The position numbers were made by a program, and so were the translations under genes. The notes beneath the pieces were generated by a model. That model ran no database searches. It was given only the letters and a program-made list of their open reading frames with translations, and was not told where the DNA came from. Below are positions 29,201 to 37,730 of a stretch of 64,000 bases of DNA, one piece after another (position 1 is the first letter of the stretch; each line of letters begins with the position of its first letter). The stretch comes from a virus, in the IMG/VR virus record IMGVR_UViG_3300028786_000006, positions 98,342-162,341 of that record, one strand, 5' to 3'.

Positions 29201-29578
29201 AACCAGGACGACAAGCCGAACCGGGTTTACCGGGTTGACTCGAGTCCTTGTTAGGGGTTAGACAAGAGGGGCCATTGATACACTACCCCTTGAGTCGCAG
29301 GAAACGTGATTGTTTGGGCCGGTTCCTGTAGGGTGATGTACCTCGGCCAACGCTAGGTGCTATCAACACCCCGAGAACACCAGTAGACCCTGGGATACCC
29401 CGCCCTGGACTACACCACTTCGTTGGTGTTGCTGGTACACATTAGACGGTCGGAGACCCAACCCCGGTCGTTTTAGTCCCCTGGTTACCCCAGGGGGTTT
29501 TTGAAAGGGTCAACAGGATTACACCCTGGACCGCTTGGTTCGGCTGCAGTAGCCTGATGACCCTTTCAAAACACCCCT
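29201..29578 (+). ncRNA. Candidate structured non-coding RNA or long regulatory leader
   Basis: 460-bp gap without a plausible ORF in a dense genome; many nested helices; terminator-like hairpin at 29478-29502; long stem at 29492-29578. Confidence 0.6.
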
Positions 29579-29602
29579 CATTAACGCAACAGGAGCATTG
29601 AC

Positions 29603-29902
29603 TTGAGCAACGTTGAAATCGCGATCCCAAGTGGTACGGCCGATCGTTTGAAGTTGAAGGCAGCCTTCAAAGAGTTCTCTGACTCGAAGGTTCGTCAGCG
29701 TGCCGAAGGCGACAAGCAAACCGCTATCGCTAACGCCATGAAGGAGCAGCTGGGTGTTCGCCCAGAAGACTTCCGCACCCTGGCCAACATCTACCACAAC
29801 GGCAACCGCGACACCGTTGAAGCCAAGGCTGACAACATGCTGGCCGCGTATGACAACATCGTCAACGCCAAGCCTGAACACCTGGCTGACCAGCCCGAGT
29901 AA
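29603..29902 (+). CDS. dsbA: Double-stranded DNA-binding protein DsbA (T4-like)
   Basis: KEFSDSK...KEQLGV...FRTLANIYH..NRD..EA......YD aligns with T4 DsbA; AGGAG SD and TTG start. Confidence 0.8.
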   Translation: MSNVEIAIPSGTADRLKLKAAFKEFSDSKVRQRAEGDKQTAIANAMKEQLGVRPEDFRTLANIYHNGNRDTVEAKADNMLAAYDNIVNAKPEHLADQPE

Positions 29903-29963
29903 TACACCGCCGGCCATAAGGCCAGCGTCATGAGTTTCATCTCCATTGATAAGAGGATTCACC

Positions 29964-30395
29964 ATGTTCGGTTTGAAAAAGATGTTCGGTAACGGTAAAG
30001 TCGCTGCCAAGAAAATGGAAAATCGCGACCTGATGCAAGCGGTTGTTGGCGGTTGCCTGTTGGTTGCTGCTGCCGATGGTAGCATCAGCAACGACGAGTC
30101 GAATCAAATCGACAAACAGCTGCGTGCCAACAAGAACCTGGAGCATTTCGGCTCGGAAATCACCGAGACCGTTAACCGCTTCACTGAACAGTTGCAGGCG
30201 GGCTTCCTGCTGGGCAAGACGTTCATCTTGCGCGAAATCCGCGACGTCAAGAACAACCAGGCTGATGCCGAGGAAGTGTTCGTCAACATGATCGTGGTTG
30301 CGCAGTCCGACGGCGACGTCAGCCCGAAAGAGCTGGAAGTCCTGACCCAAATCGGTAACGAACTGGGCCTGCGCCTGAAAGACTACGGTCTGTAA
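29964..30395 (+). CDS. TerB-like tellurite-resistance family protein
   Basis: LMQAVVGGCLLVAAADGSIS..E and VAQSDGDVSPKELEVL..I...LGL. Confidence 0.85.
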   Translation: MFGLKKMFGNGKVAAKKMENRDLMQAVVGGCLLVAAADGSISNDESNQIDKQLRANKNLEHFGSEITETVNRFTEQLQAGFLLGKTFILREIRDVKNNQADAEEVFVNMIVVAQSDGDVSPKELEVLTQIGNELGLRLKDYGL

Positions 30396-30405
30396 GGGGC
30401 AAGCC

Positions 30406-30873
30406 ATGCGCAAGACCCAACGCCTGCACCGGGTACAGCATGCCATGTTGATGATGGAGCTGACCCTGAACGCCCACCTGGTTCGAAACCCGTTGAAGGG
30501 GACGTTCACTTCGCACGGCGTTAGTACCACCGTCATGAGCTCTTTTGCTCTTGGCGAGGGTAGCAAGGGGCCGGTGCTGTACATTGACGGTAAGCGTGGG
30601 AGAAGCTTCCCTTGCCAACGGCAAAACAGCGCTGGCTGGAATGGGTTCGTTGGCGGTACACCTTGGCGGAGCTTCATTGAGGCCATCGCCGAGTACATCA
30701 CCACCGGACTTCAGATGCTGGACCCGCGCTTCTTCGGGACGAACCAGCATGTTCGTGCCCCGCTTACGGGTTGCGACGCTGAATGCCGTAACGAACTGAA
30801 GGCCATCTTTCGGTTCGTCATGGCCAAACCCTCTCCTGGCCTAGAAACTCCTGCAGGGCGCGCTGAGCGCTAA
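30406..30873 (+). CDS. Hypothetical protein
   Basis: GGGG SD; followed by a terminator. Confidence 0.55.
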   Translation: MRKTQRLHRVQHAMLMMELTLNAHLVRNPLKGTFTSHGVSTTVMSSFALGEGSKGPVLYIDGKRGRSFPCQRQNSAGWNGFVGGTPWRSFIEAIAEYITTGLQMLDPRFFGTNQHVRAPLTGCDAECRNELKAIFRFVMAKPSPGLETPAGRAER

Positions 30874-30920
30874 CAGGCCAGCAGAGGATACCGCCCGGCT
30901 GACGGGCGGACCCAAACCAG

Positions 30921-30959
30921 AAAGACCCCCTCGGCTTGCGCCCTGGGGGTCTTTCTTTT
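30921..30959 (+). terminator. Intrinsic terminator
   Basis: AAAGACCCCC...GGGGGTCTTTCTTTT. Confidence 0.75.
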
Positions 30960-31007
30960 GGTGAACGATAAGTACTGCTGAACCTCAAACCATCAAAAGG
31001 TCAGCAT

Positions 31008-32312
31008 ATGTCTACCAGTTTCAGCGGCGCCCTCGGCTACGTCACCGCAACCTCAGTATCGACGCCAGCAGTGGTAACGATGCCCACCAACGACCGCGTC
31101 GCCATCTTCGGTGATAGCCGGACAGCACAGTGCTCTACCGCTAACGGTGGTAGCGAAAACTATGGTTACCTCTTCTGGTCTCTGTTCTTCGCTCGACAGC
31201 GTTGCCGGTATGACCTGATCGACAACTATGGCGTTGGTGGTGACACCACTACCATGATGCTTGCGCGTATCGGTCAGGTAATCGCGAGCGCGGCCAGCGT
31301 AGTCATCGTACTCGGTAGCACCAACGATCGCGGTGCCGCCAACATGACCGCCCAGGCTACCATCACCAACCTGACCGCCATCCGGGACAAGTTGCGAGCG
31401 GCCGGCAAGATCGTGGTGTTCGTTGCAGAGACCCCACGCGGCGATACCACCTTCACGACCAACCGACTCAGCGGTCAGCAGTTGGCCTACCACGTCAAGG
31501 TTCGTCAGTGGATCCTGAGCCAAGTAGCCCAACCGGGCGTCTTCGTTGCCGACCCTTGGTCCTACATGGGCGACCCGGCCAGCACCACCGGCGATGCGCG
31601 GGTTGGCTATACCCACGACGGCCTGCACATGAACACCACCGGCGCCTTCTACTTGGGCACTGCCATCGCCAAAGTGTTGAACTTCCTCTTCCCTGAACCG
31701 AACATCCTCCCGGTATCGAACGTTGACCAATACTCCGTGGACAACCCACAGGGCTGCGTTAACCTCAACCCGATGATGACTGGTACAGCCGGTACTGCTG
31801 CCACCGGTGGTTCGGGTCAATTGGCGGACAGTTGGTCCGGTACGAACGCGGCCGGGGCATCTGGCGCAACGCGGACCTACACCAAGGTCACCAAGAACGG
31901 TCAGGAATGGCAACAGTGCGTCCTGGGCGGCACCGCCTCGGGTACTGCAGCGGCCCTTGACATCGCCCGCCAGATCGGTTTGCAGGCCAAGGTCATCCCT
32001 GGGCAGTACCTGGAAGCCATCGCCGATATCGAGTTCGACGCCGGCTTGGTCAACGTCATGTCCATCCAGCTGGGTATCACAATCACCGACCCGGTAAACG
32101 GGACTGTGTCCATCTGGGACGGCGACCGATACACAGGCCTCAGTGTTATCCCAGGCGTGGCCGGTGCAGGCATCCTCAGGGTTCCACGCATGTTGGTCCC
32201 GGCCGGCGCGACTGATGTCCGCTTGCGTCTCACAGCTTACGCGGTCGATGCTTCGGCTGTATCTGGCACCATCCGTTGCCGGGCATTGGCACTGCGTCAC
32301 CTGGCCAGCTGA
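31008..32312 (+). CDS. SGNH/GDSL hydrolase (esterase) with C-terminal beta-sandwich, likely virion-associated
   Basis: Blocks FGDS, GVGGDTT, GSTND and DGLH. Confidence 0.85.
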   Translation: MSTSFSGALGYVTATSVSTPAVVTMPTNDRVAIFGDSRTAQCSTANGGSENYGYLFWSLFFARQRCRYDLIDNYGVGGDTTTMMLARIGQVIASAASVVIVLGSTNDRGAANMTAQATITNLTAIRDKLRAAGKIVVFVAETPRGDTTFTTNRLSGQQLAYHVKVRQWILSQVAQPGVFVADPWSYMGDPASTTGDARVGYTHDGLHMNTTGAFYLGTAIAKVLNFLFPEPNILPVSNVDQYSVDNPQGCVNLNPMMTGTAGTAATGGSGQLADSWSGTNAAGASGATRTYTKVTKNGQEWQQCVLGGTASGTAAALDIARQIGLQAKVIPGQYLEAIADIEFDAGLVNVMSIQLGITITDPVNGTVSIWDGDRYTGLSVIPGVAGAGILRVPRMLVPAGATDVRLRLTAYAVDASAVSGTIRCRALALRHLAS

Positions 32313-32351
32313 TGTAAATAGAACACCACCAGCCACTACCCCAGGTGTTCT

Positions 32352-32753
32352 ATGAGTACGTTCACCCAATTCAGCGCGGAACTCGATCTGCGCTTCGATG
32401 TTCAGTCTGCCAACTGGCAAGTGCTGACACCCTTCACCTACGCCGTCGGAAGCCTTGATTCAGGGATCATTGTCGTTGTCGAGAAAGGCTTCATGACTGA
32501 CGGCGCAAGCGTACCACGACCGTTCTGGAACATCATCCCGCCTTGGGGCCAGTACGGCCAGGCGGCTGTTGTCCATGACCGCATGTACACCGACCTGTAT
32601 GTCGTCCACAACGGCGTGCGGGAAACCATTACCCACAAACGGGCAGACGAGATCTTCCTGGAAGCCATGGGAGTGCTCGGTGTCCCGGCCTGGAAGCGCT
32701 ACAGCATGTTCTACGCGCTGCGCCTCTTCGGTACACTTATCGGGAGAAAGTGA
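32352..32753 (+). CDS. DUF1353 family protein
   Basis: GFMTDGASVPR.FW, AAVVHD..Y, RADEIFLEAM..LGV. Confidence 0.9.
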   Translation: MSTFTQFSAELDLRFDVQSANWQVLTPFTYAVGSLDSGIIVVVEKGFMTDGASVPRPFWNIIPPWGQYGQAAVVHDRMYTDLYVVHNGVRETITHKRADEIFLEAMGVLGVPAWKRYSMFYALRLFGTLIGRK

Positions 32754-33175
32754 TGTCTTACACCAAAGACGATGTTGATGTTTTGACCAGGACCATCTGG
32801 GGCGAAGCCCGTGGGGAGACAGAGGTCGGCCGCATCGCGGTAGGCTGTACCATCCGCAATCGAGTCAATGATGGTAAGACCCGCTCATGGTGGGGCGAAG
32901 GCTTCCGTGGTGTTTGTACCGCCAAGTGGCAGTACAGCTGCTGGAACTCTGAAGACCCAAACAGCGCCTACCTTCGCGGTGACAAGCCGATCCCATCGAA
33001 GGAGTACGCCATGTGCGAACAGGCCGCGCTGTTGGTGCTGGGTGGTATGGTTGACCCAACCCTGGGCGCCACGCACTACTACAGCGCAAGCATGAAGACC
33101 CCGCCGAAGTGGGCCAAGGGCGCCAAGCAGACCGCAGTCATCGGTGCTCACACTTTCTTCAAGGACGTACCTTGA
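32753..33175 (+). CDS. Cell wall hydrolase (SleB/Hydrolase_2 family)
   Basis: LTRTIWGEARGE...G..AV...I.NR, QYSCWN, DPT.GATHYY, IGAHTFF. Confidence 0.9.
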   Translation: MSYTKDDVDVLTRTIWGEARGETEVGRIAVGCTIRNRVNDGKTRSWWGEGFRGVCTAKWQYSCWNSEDPNSAYLRGDKPIPSKEYAMCEQAALLVLGGMVDPTLGATHYYSASMKTPPKWAKGAKQTAVIGAHTFFKDVP

Positions 33176-33284
33176 ACAAAGAACACTGAGTTAGAGCGGT
33201 TTTTGAACCTTGAAGTGGTTGTCAAGAATCTATTGAAGTTTATACTCATATTCATATTGATTAACCACTCAGGTAAGCTAAATC

Positions 33285-33491
33285 ATGGAACAGATCCACG
33301 CTCTTAACCCGAATGAAATCCGCGCAATCGTAATCCAGTTCATGAACCGCAAGCTGGGCAAACTGCCGACTGGTCTCACCGACCTCGACACCGCCCACGG
33401 GATTATCACCCACGACATGTACTGTGATATGGACCGGAAGATGAAGGACTGGGCCTGGACTACCATCCAAGGTGACCTCGAAGCCGCCTGA
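33285..33491 (+). CDS. Hypothetical early protein
   Basis: Promoter TTGTCA-16-TATACT and CACTCAGG leader; terminator at 33512-33546. Confidence 0.7.
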   Translation: MEQIHALNPNEIRAIVIQFMNRKLGKLPTGLTDLDTAHGIITHDMYCDMDRKMKDWAWTTIQGDLEAA

Positions 33492-33615
33492 GTTGTTGAT
33501 ACACCAAACCTAATCCCCTGGCCATTTAGAGCACAGGGGATTTTTTATGCTCGAACGGTTTTACTGAGAGCGGTTACCGGCTATACTCGCTCAAAGCCAT
33601 TTCCTACCACTGAGG

Positions 33616-34338
33616 GTGTCTGCGTTGAATAAGCTAAAGTTGCACAAGGCATTGTCGTTCAAATCAACCCGCCGACCAGGGCAGTTCCACACGTTCCCGG
33701 CCGGGTTTACCGTCAACGTGCAGCGTAAAACCAAGAAGTCCAAGGAAACCTATTGGGCGCTGTTCGAAGGCGTTCGCTACGTGTTAGACGCCGATGAGGT
33801 ACAAGTTCAACTCTACCAAAAGGACTGGTTGATGCCCAGACGGGGGTTCTTCCGCGACGAGTTCCGCCAAATCGCACCATCGATTTGGGAAGCGGTGCGC
33901 GACTTCCGGTATGCCATGGAAGGGTGTTTGGTTGTACCCAGAGACAAACCAAAACCGGTTGTCAACGTCGGCACCGTTGGCCATTGTGATCACGGACGTC
34001 AGCCCGGTGTCCAGCCGTTCAACTCATACGACCCCGACTTTTTTAAGTCCGACCGCCTGGGTCGGTCGGGCCCAGTCTGGCCAAGCCTGGGTCAAGCCAA
34101 CCTTGAATGTGGTGGGCTCAGGCACGGGGAGCTCAGCATGTTGACTTCCCGGTTGGTGCGTCAATCGCGTCGGGTTGAACCGCTTGAGGATTTACCTCTG
34201 GGCCACGCACGGCATATGGTATTGATCGTTGACACCGAAGGCCACACCCCAGAAGACGATTCCCGCATGGAAGTGCTGGCCAAGAGCATGGCATCCATTG
34301 CTGACGTCTACATTCTCGATCGTTCAAAGGTAAACTGA
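33616..34338 (+). CDS. Hypothetical protein carrying an EF-Tu-like G1 peptide (start possibly TTG 33625)
   Basis: KPVVNVGTVGHCDHG; CACTGAGG leader at 33608. Confidence 0.55.
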   Translation: MSALNKLKLHKALSFKSTRRPGQFHTFPAGFTVNVQRKTKKSKETYWALFEGVRYVLDADEVQVQLYQKDWLMPRRGFFRDEFRQIAPSIWEAVRDFRYAMEGCLVVPRDKPKPVVNVGTVGHCDHGRQPGVQPFNSYDPDFFKSDRLGRSGPVWPSLGQANLECGGLRHGELSMLTSRLVRQSRRVEPLEDLPLGHARHMVLIVDTEGHTPEDDSRMEVLAKSMASIADVYILDRSKVN

Positions 34339-34874
34339 TGGGCCGTACAAGACAAGGCGTTGCGCCGCCCGGCGTGGTAGTCGGACCAAAGACCAAGAAG
34401 CGGGTGCCCAAGGTGGAAGACCCAATCAAGAAGTTCCTGTTCTTGAACCCGCGACCAAAGGGCCTGGGTACGCCCAAGGCACCATACACCCGGAACCAGA
34501 ACCGTGGCCACAAGAAGCCGGCGCCAAAGCCACCCAAGGGCCTGGTGTTGCACAAGATCAAGGTGACGGTACGCGTTGACCTGGGGCCTGAGCTGCTCGC
34601 CAAGCGTGAGCCCGGTAACACCCAGACGTTCAAAGCGTTCAATATCCACACCACGGCGGTCACCCGTCGCGGGAAGTTTTACCTGTGTGTGGCCGATCCC
34701 CGGGTGATACAGCAGCTGCGCGACAAGGGATACAAGGTGCCCAACACCGACCTCTTGCGCATCGTACAGCTGGACAACCCGTTGGTGTGGCTACCGACGC
34801 TTGAGAAGTACACCTGGTGGTATCCGCAACCGCGTACCAACCCTACTGACCCAACTCCCTCCCCCGAGGTTTGA
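34338..34874 (+). CDS. Highly basic Lys/Arg/Pro-rich protein
   Basis: Composition; TGATG coupling. Confidence 0.55.
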   Translation: MGRTRQGVAPPGVVVGPKTKKRVPKVEDPIKKFLFLNPRPKGLGTPKAPYTRNQNRGHKKPAPKPPKGLVLHKIKVTVRVDLGPELLAKREPGNTQTFKAFNIHTTAVTRRGKFYLCVADPRVIQQLRDKGYKVPNTDLLRIVQLDNPLVWLPTLEKYTWWYPQPRTNPTDPTPSPEV

Positions 34875-34876
34875 TA

Positions 34877-35938
34877 ATGAGCATCGTCTTCTACACCCCG
34901 CCATACGGTAACCTGATCATTGACGCCGCCACCAAGCAGCTGCGAAAGATCCCCATGTCGCTCAAGGGGCTGCAATGGTTGATCCGTACCAACGCTCCCC
35001 TGGGCAAAGCCTACCTCAGCATGCACCTCCCGTCCGGTAGTCGGCTGGACCCAGAGACGCTCGCCAAGGAATTGCTCAGTGTTCAACCTATGGCTACCCA
35101 GTCGCGCCCTATCAGCCCGGAAGAAGCGTGGAAGCGCGCCCAACCAGTCCTCAGACAAATGGGCGCGACAGGGTACTGTACCAACAAGCTGTGGGGGAAG
35201 GCTATGACAACCGAAAAGGTCTGTGAATTGATACTCGATGACGTTAAACGCTGGGTGGGTGCTGAACTTGACGATCGCGCTTACAATGGCGAGTGGCCAG
35301 CAGTCAAGGAACAGCGGGAGGCGTTCGGCATCCACAAACGTATCCAGGCCCACACCGCTTTTGAACGTCGACGGATCGGCTTGGACGTTGAACCCATTAA
35401 GCTCAATGCTGAGCAGATGGCGGTAGCACTGCAACACTGCAGCATCAATACCCCAGAGCAAGGGGAGATGGCCCGCGTACGCCAGGCAACCATTATGGCT
35501 TACGGCCAGGCCCCGGTAGAAGCCAAGGAACCGATCGTCAGCCCAGACAAGCGTATCCGCATAGGCCGCAACGCCACCACGGCCGGTCGCTTCCTGCGCC
35601 GCTGCCTACACACCCAACCGCGCATGTGTACCATTGAGACCGACCCAAAGACCGGGGTAGGGCGCCTCCTGTACCGTACGACCGACACTCCTGACGCCAT
35701 CTTGCGTAAGATCAAAGTCGCGGCTGGTCACCTGGTAATGCGCCACGGGCGTATGCCGACGTTCAAAGAGCTTGACCAGCTAATGTTGAACGATTATCAG
35801 ATTTGTATCAACGTTCGCGAGGTTCCTCAGGTTGTGATGTACTGTAGCCCAGGCGAGCCTAACGCCTTCTACGCCACTGACCGCGTTGAATACTTCCAGA
35901 CCAACGGCGTGTGGCCAAAGGAAGAGGTGGATGTATGA
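34877..35938 (+). CDS. Hypothetical protein, possible nucleic-acid binding
   Basis: Long ORF; HGRMPTFKEL resembles a sigma region 3/HTH start. Confidence 0.55.
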   Translation: MSIVFYTPPYGNLIIDAATKQLRKIPMSLKGLQWLIRTNAPLGKAYLSMHLPSGSRLDPETLAKELLSVQPMATQSRPISPEEAWKRAQPVLRQMGATGYCTNKLWGKAMTTEKVCELILDDVKRWVGAELDDRAYNGEWPAVKEQREAFGIHKRIQAHTAFERRRIGLDVEPIKLNAEQMAVALQHCSINTPEQGEMARVRQATIMAYGQAPVEAKEPIVSPDKRIRIGRNATTAGRFLRRCLHTQPRMCTIETDPKTGVGRLLYRTTDTPDAILRKIKVAAGHLVMRHGRMPTFKELDQLMLNDYQICINVREVPQVVMYCSPGEPNAFYATDRVEYFQTNGVWPKEEVDV

Positions 35939-36942
35939 TCAACCGTCCACGCATGCGTAACTACCCCCAACTCAATCTATGGTTCTGTTCCTGTGGTTGG
36001 GCCGGCGGCGTAGGCAAGTCAATGGAGGCCGCGTTCAATAGCTGGGTGTCCGATTGTCAGCTGTCGGGTATGGGTAAGGCCGTCCAGGTGTTCCTCGACT
36101 TCCATCGCAAGCCCAAGCCCAAGGTCATCCCGGCTCCAAGACGCGCCGCTGCCGATAGTTTGAACCCTTACGACATTGAGGAGTCCAAGCGGGATCGCCT
36201 GGGTGTATGGCTATTGTCTGAACCAGCCACCGACCAGGTAAGCGCGAATGGCACCAAGCCGTGGGTAGCCACCTACCAAACAGACCCTGGCATGTTTGCC
36301 CGGTTGATAGGCAACGACCGCTTCATACAGTCACCAGAAGAGCTCACGTACTACCCTCGCGACCAGTGGTATGAAGCGGCCCTCAATGCAGTCCGGGGTC
36401 GCGAAGAACAGATCTTCAAGGCAAACCGGGGCCGGGGCACAGATGTTCAGATTCTTCCCGATGGCAACGTAGACCTCACTCACATCGTAGACCTGTTCAA
36501 ACTTCCCAAGGGTTACAACGAGCCCCCACCGGCAGGACACTTCATACGCCGGCCAATGTCTTGTGAAGACTACGGTATGGACACCAAAAGCTGCTTCGAC
36601 CAAGAGGTAGAAGACGCATTCCTGGACGAACTCAATAGCATCGCCAAGCCTCAGCAACCAGAGCCACCCATAGGCCCATTAGGCAACACCGGAACCTGGG
36701 GGAGCCGCCTGTATACACGTGAAGTCATACAAGAGGACATCGCTCACCGTAACGCTCAAGAGGAACGGGTACGCCTCCAAGACGGCCTGCAGTGCTTCCT
36801 GAGCCTGGACCGCTCTCCTAAAGGGGATATTCACCGTTTCTTCCGTGGGCGCGTAGCCCGTCCCGGTGACGTGGTGGAGTTTGTCTGTAGCTTCGTAGCA
36901 GATAACCAATTGGGCCTCTCTATGCGCGTTAGAGAGCACTAG
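35935..36942 (+). CDS. Hypothetical protein
   Basis: ATGA coupling; GAGG SD. Confidence 0.55.
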   Translation: MINRPRMRNYPQLNLWFCSCGWAGGVGKSMEAAFNSWVSDCQLSGMGKAVQVFLDFHRKPKPKVIPAPRRAAADSLNPYDIEESKRDRLGVWLLSEPATDQVSANGTKPWVATYQTDPGMFARLIGNDRFIQSPEELTYYPRDQWYEAALNAVRGREEQIFKANRGRGTDVQILPDGNVDLTHIVDLFKLPKGYNEPPPAGHFIRRPMSCEDYGMDTKSCFDQEVEDAFLDELNSIAKPQQPEPPIGPLGNTGTWGSRLYTREVIQEDIAHRNAQEERVRLQDGLQCFLSLDRSPKGDIHRFFRGRVARPGDVVEFVCSFVADNQLGLSMRVREH

Positions 36943-37250
36943 AACGCCACTCTCGTCGCCCAGGCCTCACGCTCCTCCCTGGATACGCCAGACGGGGTGG
37001 CTCTATAGGTTTATAGGCCCTAGCGCTGACTCTGAGGAAAGGTTCAAGATTCACAAAGATTCACCAAAATTACGACTTTTTCCTCAGAAAGTAGCCCCAG
37101 AAGATCGAAAGGTTTATAATTTACGCCATAAACGCTCACAAAACGCCTCAAACGCTCCGAACCTCGCTCTAGAAGTTCGAATGTCTGAGCATCCAGCACA
37201 CTGAGCATCTTGAACATTGAACCACAGGAGTTCGAACATTGAACATTGAA
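36943..37250. other. AT-rich non-coding region with short direct and inverted repeats (candidate origin/packaging region)
   Basis: TCTGAGGAAA/TTTCCTCAGA inverted repeat; AAGATTCAC x2; AAACGC x3; CTGAGCATC x2; GAAC(A/C) tandem boxes. Confidence 0.4.
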
Positions 37251-37592
37251 CCACAACAGACGGCGAGGACCGTGGTGATCCAGGACGAGGTCGGTCAGCC
37301 CCGTACCCCTAACATTGAACCACAACAGACGGCGAGGATCGCAGTGATCGGGGCCGACGGCTTCCCCTCCGAGGCGTTCATGGAGGCGCTCAAGGCCAGG
37401 CACCCAGGGTATGAGGTGGTCTGTATTGATAGTCTGAGCGACCTGGGACCCGAGGTAATAGTCCACGATGGCCTCCACCCTTGCCCCATGCCAGTCAAGG
37501 AACAGTTCTATGGCCGTGAGCGCATCGGTAAGGGCGAACGTAAGGCCGGGCGCCGCGATCGCTGGAACGGTAACGGGAGGCCTGGACGATGA
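37239..37592 (+). CDS. Hypothetical protein with duplicated N-terminus
   Basis: AGGAG SD and TTG start; NIEPQQTAR x2. Confidence 0.55.
   Translation: MNIEPQQTARTVVIQDEVGQPRTPNIEPQQTARIAVIGADGFPSEAFMEALKARHPGYEVVCIDSLSDLGPEVIVHDGLHPCPMPVKEQFYGRERIGKGERKAGRRDRWNGNGRPGR
37242..37338 (+). repeat. 28-bp direct repeat, 69-bp period
   Basis: AACATTGAACCACAACAGACGGCGAGGA at 37242 and 37311. Confidence 0.9.
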
Positions 37593-37720
37593 TCTGGATT
37601 ACTGCTCACCCCGTCGCGACCACCTTCATTGTTCTGGGCGTCGTGGCCTTGATTGTCGTAATTTGCCGTAAGGGTGGCGCTGGGGCTATCCTTGAGGCCA
37701 TTGTCGATGCACTCACATAA
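37589..37720 (+). CDS. Small membrane protein (43 aa)
   Basis: GGAGG SD and ATGA overlap; TTFIVLGVVALIVVIC. Confidence 0.55.
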   Translation: MIWITAHPVATTFIVLGVVALIVVICRKGGAGAILEAIVDALT

Positions 37721-37730
37721 GGTTTGAACC

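Noticed and set aside
29201-29578. tRNA/tmRNA/RNase P/SRP identity for the structured region
   Set aside because: No T-loop GTTCRA with acceptor stem and CCA, no GAGGAAAGTCC, and no SRP domain IV motif.
5000-32420. Long minus-strand ORFs (e.g. 5000-5902, 5877-7229, 20031-20984, 24552-25946, 26286-27299, 31053-32420)
   Set aside because: Antisense shadows of strongly codon-biased genes, with no SD, promoter or motifs.
33616-34338. Functional phage-encoded EF-Tu
   Set aside because: Too short; lacks GKT, NKxD and domains II/III.
37210-37340. CRISPR-like array
   Set aside because: Only two 28-bp copies, in frame within an ORF; no third repeat and no cas genes.
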